The notes under the pieces: generated by a model
Database searches by the model: none
What the model was told of the DNA's origin: nothing
What the model saw: the letters and a program-made list of their open reading frames with translations, nothing else
Program-made: the position numbers and the translations under genes
Assembly (NCBI GenBank): GCA_965216635.1
Contig: OZ244188.1
Span: forward strand, 2,080,001-2,144,000
Direction of reading: 5' to 3'
Source: a bacterium
GTDB taxonomy: Bacteria > SAR324 > XYD2-FULL-50-16 > G965216635
DNA: 64,000 nucleotides
Part shown: positions 57,104 to 64,000 of the stretch, in pieces
How positions within the stretch are numbered: the stretch's first letter is position 1
Layout: each line of letters opens with the position of its first letter

Positions 57104-57872
57104 AATGCTTGCTTGCTTTGTTTAAAGATTGACGAACTTGGTGACAAAGTTTGTCAAATTCTGCACTATTTCTAAAATTTTCTTTTTTCTCTTTTTGCTT
57201 ACTTCCTATTATTATTTCTGCGATAGTACCAGGTCTTTCAGAAAATATAAAAATTTTGCTAGAAAGATAAACCGCTTCGGCTACAGAATGGGTCACAAAT
57301 AAAATTGTTTTTTTTGTTTGTTTCCAAAGGTTATAAAGTTGCTCGTTTAAATCTTCTCTGGTAATGGCATCCAAAGCTCCAAAAGGTTCATCCATCAACA
57401 AAAGCTCTACTTGAAAACTCAAAGCCCGCGCAATAGAAACCCGTTGTTGCATTCCACCTGAAAGTTGCCAAGGATATTTTTTTTCAAAACCTTGTAATTT
57501 CACAGCAGCCAAACTTTCTTTTACTTTTTGAATTCTTTCTTTTTTAAGAACACCAAATATTTCCAAAGGGAGCAGCACATTTTTTTCTACAGTGCGCCAA
57601 GGATAAAGGGCGGGAGATTGAAAAACATATCCGTATTTACGATTTCTGCGAAATTCTTGTGGGCTTTGTTGTTGAATAGAAAGCGTGCCTGAGGTGGGAG
57701 TTTCTAAATCTGCAATAATTCGCAATAATGAGGTTTTACCGCAACCTGAAGGACCTATAAAAGAAACGAAATCTCCTTTTTCAATTTCAAAATTAATATT
57801 GCTGAGTGCTGTAACTTTGGTATCTTTGCTATCAAAGATGAGGTTTAAGTTTTTAGCCTGAATAAAAGTCAT
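57096..57872 (-). CDS. ABC transporter ATP-binding protein
   Basis: GPSGCGKT, LSGGMQQR, LLMDEPFGALD, VTH. Confidence 0.95.
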   Translation of the reverse strand: MTFIQAKNLNLIFDSKDTKVTALSNINFEIEKGDFVSFIGPSGCGKTSLLRIIADLETPTSGTLSIQQQSPQEFRRNRKYGYVFQSPALYPWRTVEKNVLLPLEIFGVLKKERIQKVKESLAAVKLQGFEKKYPWQLSGGMQQRVSIARALSFQVELLLMDEPFGALDAITREDLNEQLYNLWKQTKKTILFVTHSVAEAVYLSSKIFIFSERPGTIAEIIIGSKQKEKKENFRNSAEFDKLCHQVRQSLNKASKHYA

Positions 57873-57946
57873 ATTTTAATTAAAATTTTTGGGGAAATGC
57901 GAAGCGTCTTTCCAAATAATCCTCCTTAGTGGCAAGCGGTTTATTG

Positions 57947-59218
57947 TTATGGAAGCACAGTATCTTCAGAATGGCGATACCCCTGTTTCAAGAGGTCGTT
58001 CCAGCTTTCTACTTTATCGTTGGCAGAAACATCTTTCATTGTAATACAGTTTTCTACAGGACATACCAACGCACAAAGATTGCAACCCACACACTCTTCT
58101 TCTTTGATAAGAGGAGCGATGCCACCATTGCTTGGTTGAGCAATTGCTTGGTGTGCTCCGTCTTCACAAGCAATATAACAAAGCTGACAACCGATGCACT
58201 TGTTTGTATCAATATGGGCTACGCTTTTGTAGTTCATATCCAAATCACCCCAATCTTTTAAATTTTTTACTGCTTTGGAGCGTAGCTCGTTGACCGATTT
58301 CATACCCTTAGAATCTAGATATTGATTGAGTCCAGAAATCATATCTTCTACAATTCGGAACCCGTAGTGCATAACTGCGGTGCAGACCTGAACTGAAGTA
58401 GCTCCCAGCGAGATAAATTCTGCCGCATCTTTCCAGTTGGAAACACCGCCTATACCAGAAATACCCAAATGGAAGTCTTCGTTTTTAGCAAGAGAAGAAA
58501 CCATATGCAAGGCAATCGGCTTCACTGCAGGTCCGCAATAGCCTCCATTTGTAAAGCCATTTCTTAACCTAGGGGATGCTATAAAATCATCTAAATCTAC
58601 CTCTACTACACTTTTGATAGTATTGATTAGAGAAACTGCATCGGCTCCCGATTTTTGGGCTGCCATTGCAGGTTCTAGAATATCGCTAATGTTGGGTGTT
58701 AATTTTACAATTACAGGCAAGTGGGTAAATTCCATTACCCAACTGGTTACCTCTTCTAAAACTTTTGGCTCTTGTCCTACAGCTGATCCCATACCCCTTT
58801 CGCACATTCCGTGCGGACAACCGTAGTTCAATTCCAACCCATCTGCGCCGCTATCTTCCACTCTGCGAATCAGTTCTTTCCATTCTTCTTTGCTTTCTAC
58901 CATCAAAGAAGCAATTATAGCATTATTGGGGTAGTTTTTTTTTACCTCTTTTATTTCTTTTAAGTTTTCTTCTACTCCTCTGTCGGAAATCAATTCTATA
59001 TTATTAAATCCCATTATTTTTTGTCCTGCATAGTCTACGGCTCCGTAACGACTACTCACATTGCGGACAGGCTCACCTATTGTTTTCCATACAAAACCAC
59101 CCCAGCCTACATCAAAAGCATTTCTTGCTTGATAGGCTGTATTTGCAGGAGGGCCTGAAGCCACCCAAAAAGGATTGGGACTTTTGATTCCTTCTAAATC
59201 AATGGATAGATCTGCCAT
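57947..59218 (-). CDS. preA: Dihydropyrimidine dehydrogenase subunit PreA
   Basis: NPFWVASGP, NNIELI, ELNYGCPHGM, KLTPN, C-terminal 2x4Fe-4S. Confidence 0.95.
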   Translation of the reverse strand: MADLSIDLEGIKSPNPFWVASGPPANTAYQARNAFDVGWGGFVWKTIGEPVRNVSSRYGAVDYAGQKIMGFNNIELISDRGVEENLKEIKEVKKNYPNNAIIASLMVESKEEWKELIRRVEDSGADGLELNYGCPHGMCERGMGSAVGQEPKVLEEVTSWVMEFTHLPVIVKLTPNISDILEPAMAAQKSGADAVSLINTIKSVVEVDLDDFIASPRLRNGFTNGGYCGPAVKPIALHMVSSLAKNEDFHLGISGIGGVSNWKDAAEFISLGATSVQVCTAVMHYGFRIVEDMISGLNQYLDSKGMKSVNELRSKAVKNLKDWGDLDMNYKSVAHIDTNKCIGCQLCYIACEDGAHQAIAQPSNGGIAPLIKEEECVGCNLCALVCPVENCITMKDVSANDKVESWNDLLKQGYRHSEDTVLP

Positions 59219-59230
59219 TTTTTACCTCTT

Positions 59231-59320
59231 ATTGAATTTTACCATATTAAATTTTACCATATTGAATCTTACCATATTAAATCTTACCATAAATTGGCAC
59301 CATTAAATTTTACCATATTG
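59231..59320. repeat. 15-bp repeat copying the last codons of preT (5 copies)
   Basis: att(g/a)aat(t/c)ttaccat at 59231, 59246, 59261, 59276, 59302. Confidence 0.85.
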
Positions 59321-60589
59321 GATCTTTAAACTCCATTTCCTAAGCATTCGGAAAGCTGCTTCTTTTCCTTCAAAAACCGCGTTGACTACTTCCTTACCTC
59401 CGTTTGCACAATCTCCTCCAGCGTAAATATTTTCTATAGAGGTCTCAAAGTGCTCATTTACTACGAGATTACCATTAGAGTTCAAGTCAATTTCAGGAAA
59501 AAGTTTTTGTAAAGGGTGTTTTTTTTGTCCTGTAGCAAAAATCAACCAATCACAAAAAATTTCTTTTTCACCAGATTGGGTTTGAAATTTCATTCCTTTA
59601 GTTTGGTTGTCTTCTTGAATTAAAGTTTGCGGTACATGATTTCCAAAAAATTGGACTCCTTTAAGCAAAGCCTGTTTGAGTTCGTGTTGGTAACCAGACA
59701 TTTCGTTTTTACTCTTACGATAAGCGAGCTTAACTTGGATTTCCAATTCGGCTAATTCTTGAGCTATATCTAGAGCTGTATTGCCTCCACCAATAACCAA
59801 AGCCGTATTTGTTTTTGTTAGATTTGCTTCTGTTTTAATTTTTTGAATGAGAGCTAGGGCTCCAAAAACATTCTTAGAAGATTGAATATCAAAAAGAAAA
59901 CTATCTTCGGCAAGCCCTACTCCAATAAAAATGGCGTCGTACTCTTTTTGCAATTCAGCTGCAGCAATGGATTTTCCTACCTCTTTGTTTAGTAAAATTT
60001 CCACACCGAGAGATTGGATAAATTCTACTTCTTTTATAGATTCTTCTAGTTTTAATTTGTAAGGAGCAATACCGTAAGAATTTAAACCTCCAGGCAGAGA
60101 ATTTTTTTCAAAAATAGTTGTTTTTACACCTGAGAGAGCAAGATAAGCAGCACAAGAAAGAGAAGCGGGTCCCGCTCCAATAAGGGCTACTTTGCGATTG
60201 GTTTTTTTTGTAGGGGGTTTTAGATTGGGAGATTGATAAAAATGCTGTAAAGCGTATTCTTGCAATTTTCCAATTTGAACAGGAGGTTCGTTCATATTGT
60301 TATAGACACAAGCACCTTCGCAAAGCACTTCTACAGGACAGACTTTAGAGCAAGAAAGCCCTAAAATATTGGATTGTAAAATAGTATCCGCTGAGCCTAA
60401 GAAATTTTTATCTTGAATTCTTTTGATAAATTGAGGGATATTGATGCCAGTTGGACATCCTCTAATGCAAGGAGCATCATAACAACGGATGCAACGAGAC
60501 GATTCTACAATTGCCTCATTTTCGCTCAACAAAGGTTTTTTTTTGTGAAATCGGCTTTCTGTTCGTTCCTCAATAAAATTGTATTTCAT
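59303..60589 (-). CDS. preT: Dihydropyrimidine dehydrogenase subunit PreT (GltD-like)
   Basis: RCIRCYDAPC...CP, CPVEVLCEGAC, GAGPA, GGGNTA, AGGD. Confidence 0.9.
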   Translation of the reverse strand: MKYNFIEERTESRFHKKKPLLSENEAIVESSRCIRCYDAPCIRGCPTGINIPQFIKRIQDKNFLGSADTILQSNILGLSCSKVCPVEVLCEGACVYNNMNEPPVQIGKLQEYALQHFYQSPNLKPPTKKTNRKVALIGAGPASLSCAAYLALSGVKTTIFEKNSLPGGLNSYGIAPYKLKLEESIKEVEFIQSLGVEILLNKEVGKSIAAAELQKEYDAIFIGVGLAEDSFLFDIQSSKNVFGALALIQKIKTEANLTKTNTALVIGGGNTALDIAQELAELEIQVKLAYRKSKNEMSGYQHELKQALLKGVQFFGNHVPQTLIQEDNQTKGMKFQTQSGEKEIFCDWLIFATGQKKHPLQKLFPEIDLNSNGNLVVNEHFETSIENIYAGGDCANGGKEVVNAVFEGKEAAFRMLRKWSLKIQYGKI

Positions 60590-60662
60590 TGTTATACCTT
60601 TTAAAAATTTTCCTGAAATTGACTTAAACGATTAACAAAAGCCATCCTCTCATAAACTCAAA

Positions 60663-60730
60663 TAGACTTTTGAATTTGCCAAATAGGACAAAACCAGCTG
60701 TTTAGCCTATGCAGCGTTGAAAATTTTTTA
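60663..60730. mobile_element. Partial MITE-like repeat
   Basis: tagacttttgaatttgccaaataggacaaaaccagctgtttagcctatgcagcgttg. Confidence 0.7.
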
Positions 60731-60749
60731 GCTTGTAGGAATACAGATT

Positions 60750-62129
60750 TCAATAGATAGCCTTTCTTTTAACAAACTTACCAGCCCCCGTCTCCACATT
60801 GAGTTTTCCTTCTTCAAAAACTACTTTTCCTCCAACCAAAACAAAAGCAGGAGCACCTTTAGTTTTGAATCCTTCAAAAATATTGGTATCTACTTTTTGG
60901 TGATGGGTTTTTGCGGAAATAACTCCTTCTATATCTGGATCCCAGATTACCAAATCTGCATCCGATCCTTGTATGACAGCACCTTTTTGAGGATATAAAC
61001 CATAAATCTGAGCGGCTCGGGTAGAAGTTAAAGCTACAAACTGGTTAAGACTAATTTTATTTTCCAAAACACCGTAAGTATAAAGGAGTTTCAATCTCTC
61101 TTCTATACCTGCTGCTCCATTAGGAATTTTTCTAAAATCTCCTCTTCCCAATTCTTTTTGTCCTTTTAAATTAAACGGACAGTGATCCGTGCCCACTACT
61201 TCTAAATTTCCTGATTTTACTCCGTCCCAAAGAGCTTCAGCGTGTCCTTTAGGACGAATAGGGGGGCTCATAACATAGGCTGCCGATTCAAAATTTTCTT
61301 TTTCATAAACAGAACCATCCAAAAGTAAATATTGGGGACAGGTTTCTCCAAAAACCTGTAAACCTCTAGCTCTAGCTCGGGTGATTTCAGAAGCTGCTTC
61401 TTGGCAGGTAACATGCACAATATAAACGGGACAACCTGTAGCTTCTGCAAAAGTGATTACCGTATGTGTCCCATAGCCTTCTACATAGGAAGGTCTAGAA
61501 AGAGCATGGTATTTTGGATCTACCTTTCCTTCTGCAAAAAGTTTGTCTTGCAAGTAGGCTACAAGTTCTGCGTTTTCGCAGTGGGTGTTGACTAAAGCTC
61601 CTAGTTCTTTGGCTTTTTTCATTGCTCCTAAAAGCTCGGCATCGCTAACCCCGATAGCCCCTTTATAGGCTAGGAACAGTTTAAAAGAAGGAATGCCTTC
61701 GTTTTGGACGCAAGCCTCCATTTCGCGAGCCACAGAATCGTCAAACCAAGTAACTGCCATATGGTAAGAATAATCCGCCACTGCATTTTTTGCTTTATTG
61801 TGCCACCCTTGTAAGGCTTCCAATAAAGATTGCCCACGGCCTGGAATAACAAAATCTATAACAAAAGTGGTGCCTCCAGCAATGGCAGCTGTTGTTCCGC
61901 TTTCAAAATTATCAGCAGACACCTCTCCCATAAAAGGCATATCCAAATGGACATGAGGGTCAATGCCTCCCGGAAAAATATATTTGCCTTGAGCGTCAAT
62001 GGTTCTATCCGCAGTTTCGTTGATTTTTTCTTCAATGGATACAATTTTGCCATCAGAGAGCAAAATATCGGCTTGATAGGTTTTAGAATCTGTTACTATC
62101 TCGCCATTTTGAATGAGAGTTTGAGTCAT
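60750..62129 (-). CDS. hydA: Dihydropyrimidinase
   Basis: PGGIDPHVH, GGTT, SFKLFLAY, HCEN, SPPIR, TDHCPF. Confidence 0.95.
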   Translation of the reverse strand: MTQTLIQNGEIVTDSKTYQADILLSDGKIVSIEEKINETADRTIDAQGKYIFPGGIDPHVHLDMPFMGEVSADNFESGTTAAIAGGTTFVIDFVIPGRGQSLLEALQGWHNKAKNAVADYSYHMAVTWFDDSVAREMEACVQNEGIPSFKLFLAYKGAIGVSDAELLGAMKKAKELGALVNTHCENAELVAYLQDKLFAEGKVDPKYHALSRPSYVEGYGTHTVITFAEATGCPVYIVHVTCQEAASEITRARARGLQVFGETCPQYLLLDGSVYEKENFESAAYVMSPPIRPKGHAEALWDGVKSGNLEVVGTDHCPFNLKGQKELGRGDFRKIPNGAAGIEERLKLLYTYGVLENKISLNQFVALTSTRAAQIYGLYPQKGAVIQGSDADLVIWDPDIEGVISAKTHHQKVDTNIFEGFKTKGAPAFVLVGGKVVFEEGKLNVETGAGKFVKRKAIY

Positions 62130-62143
62130 TTTTATTTTTCGTT

Positions 62144-63010
62144 CTAAATTTCTAGCATTTTACCATAGGTTTCCGGTCTTCTATCCCTAAAAAATTGCCA
62201 TACAGAGCGAACCTCGTCTATCACCTCCAAATCCAATTCACTAATTAGCAGCTCGTCTTTATCTTCGGAGGCAATATCTATAATTTCTCCACGAGGATTG
62301 ACATGGTAACTGCTACCATAAAATTTGCCAATGTTCCAAGGTGCTTCTGTTCCTACTCTATTAATACAACCCATAAAATACCCATTCGCTACTGCATGGG
62401 CTGGTTGTTCTAATTTCCAAAGATACTGCGAAAGCCCAGCTACTGTGGCAGAAGGGTTATAGACAATTTCTGCTCCGTTCAAGCCCAACATACGAGCCCC
62501 TTCTGGAAAATGCCTATCATAACAAATATAGACGCCAATTTTTGCATAACGAGTTTGGAAAACAGGATAAGAAGCATCCCCCGGTTTAAAGAAAAATTTC
62601 TCCCAAAAACCACTTGTATGGGGAATATGTTTTTTACGGTATTTTCCGAGATAAGAGCCATCGGAATCAAAAACAGCAGCTGTATTGTAAAAAATTCCAG
62701 CGTCTACCTTTTCATAGACTGGAACTATCATCACCATTTTGTATTTCTTGGCGTATTCTGCCATAGCCAGAGTCGTAGGTCCTGGTACTGGCTCTGCTGC
62801 CTCGTACCAACGTATATCTTGTGAAGGACAAAAATAGGGTCCGTTAAAAATTTCTTGGAGACAAAGGATATTGACTCCTTTTTTGCCAGCCTCTTCTATT
62901 AGAGGAATATGATGAGCGAAAGCAGCCTTTTGAATTTCTTTTACAGATTTACTTTCATCGTTTATTGGGTTGTGGGCTTGGATTAGCCCGCTAATAATTT
63001 TTCTTGACAT
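62144..63010 (-). CDS. Beta-ureidopropionase (nitrilase superfamily)
   Basis: CLQE, KYRKKHIP, ICYDRHFPE, NRVGTE, FFRDRRP; operon context. Confidence 0.9.
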   Translation of the reverse strand: MSRKIISGLIQAHNPINDESKSVKEIQKAAFAHHIPLIEEAGKKGVNILCLQEIFNGPYFCPSQDIRWYEAAEPVPGPTTLAMAEYAKKYKMVMIVPVYEKVDAGIFYNTAAVFDSDGSYLGKYRKKHIPHTSGFWEKFFFKPGDASYPVFQTRYAKIGVYICYDRHFPEGARMLGLNGAEIVYNPSATVAGLSQYLWKLEQPAHAVANGYFMGCINRVGTEAPWNIGKFYGSSYHVNPRGEIIDIASEDKDELLISELDLEVIDEVRSVWQFFRDRRPETYGKMLEI

Positions 63011-63036
63011 AGTAACTTCTTTGTTAGTGATTATTA

Positions 63037-63221
63037 TAGACTTTTGAATTTGCCAAATAGGACAAAACTAGCTGTTTAGCCAAAACAAGCTTATTGCTTT
63101 TACGCTATACAGGCTATAGTAAAAGAGCCTCTGGTATAACCATTTGGCTCTTTTACACTCTACTTTTGCTATGTATTTAGTTTTTGATAGCCCTCCCTGC
63201 CTGGTTTTCGCATCGCACTAG
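63037..63221. mobile_element. MITE end plus hairpin module
   Basis: tagacttttgaatttgcc... followed by cttattgc...gtaaaagagcc/ggctcttttac...gcacta. Confidence 0.7.
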
Positions 63222-63258
63222 TTAGATATCCTCCTAATGCAATGCTCTCAAAAACTTT

Positions 63259-64000
63259 TTAAAGTTTATTCCAAATTTGGTGAGTCCAAGCTCCTTTGGG
63301 TTTTTTGGTAATCACAGGAGCAGAATCTCCACCAAGTAGAACTTTCACTGTTCTATTATAGTCTTTTTTATCCAAATAACCAATTCCTTTTTTGGAACCC
63401 TGAACCAAACGGGCAATTTCTTTTGCCATATGAGTCTGATGATCTTTCGTTTGTGCACCAGTATCGTCATTATCTAGCACTATCTTTACAGCTTCTTTTT
63501 GGTTTTTAATAGCATAATCCCAACCTTTAATAGAAGCTCTTACAAACCTAGTGAGTTTGTCCACAAACTTTTTATCTTTCAGACTTTTTTCCAAAACATA
63601 AATACCATCCTCCAAAGTAGCTACTTTTTTATCTTCGTATTTAAAAACAACTAGCTCGCTTGGTTTAAGACCTGCTTGTAAAACCTGCCAGTATTCGTTG
63701 TAAGTCATAGTAGATATACAATCAGCTTGTTTTTGGATGAGAGGGTCTACATTAAAACCCTGTTTTAATACTTTCACACCATTAGAACCTCCTGTAGTAG
63801 GAATTTTTAAGGCAGACATCCAGCTTAAAAAAGGGTATTCGTTACCAAAAAACCAGACTCCTAAAGTCTTACCGCGAAAATCTTGCGGCTCACGAATACC
63901 TGTTTCTTTTCTACAAGTAAGCATTAAACCAGATTTTTTGAAAATCTGAGCTACATTCACCAAAGTAACTCCCTTTTCTCTGGCAGCCAAAGCAGCAGGC
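63259..64000 (-). CDS. ABC substrate-binding protein (NMT1/THI5 family); 5' end lies beyond the window
   Basis: GKTLGVWFFGNEYPF, KQGFNVDPL, STMTYNEY, TLEDG; frame open to the window end. Confidence 0.88.
   Translation of the reverse strand, partial: PAALAAREKGVTLVNVAQIFKKSGLMLTCRKETGIREPQDFRGKTLGVWFFGNEYPFLSWMSALKIPTTGGSNGVKVLKQGFNVDPLIQKQADCISTMTYNEYWQVLQAGLKPSELVVFKYEDKKVATLEDGIYVLEKSLKDKKFVDKLTRFVRASIKGWDYAIKNQKEAVKIVLDNDDTGAQTKDHQTHMAKEIARLVQGSKKGIGYLDKKDYNRTVKVLLGGDSAPVITKKPKGAWTHQIWNKL

Overview
AT-rich bacterial chromosomal segment, probably from a Gram-negative lineage (the deltaproteobacterial flavour is an impression only). It carries housekeeping genes (ffh, rpoN, dcd, rpsA, hemA, holB, tatC), peptidoglycan recycling (nagZ/anmK), methionine genes (metY, a metX-metW fusion, a BHMT-like methyltransferase), a reductive pyrimidine degradation cluster with ABC transporter and mmsA, a tandem glycosyltransferase array, three paralogous variable outer-membrane proteins and the 5' end of a TpsA/haemagglutinin-like exoprotein. 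The strongest signal missed by the ORF track is a 39-aa Met/Cys-rich leader peptide with a terminator/antiterminator pair upstream of metY, i.e. a candidate methionine-sensing attenuator. Other highlights: a 7-copy tandem promoter array before the TpsA gene, ribosomal protein S1 with about 23 repeats of 26 aa, a modular MITE family (one copy splits a pyk pseudogene) hosting a nested covarying hairpin module, and four parS-like sites. No rRNA, tRNA, CRISPR array or intact transposase was seen.
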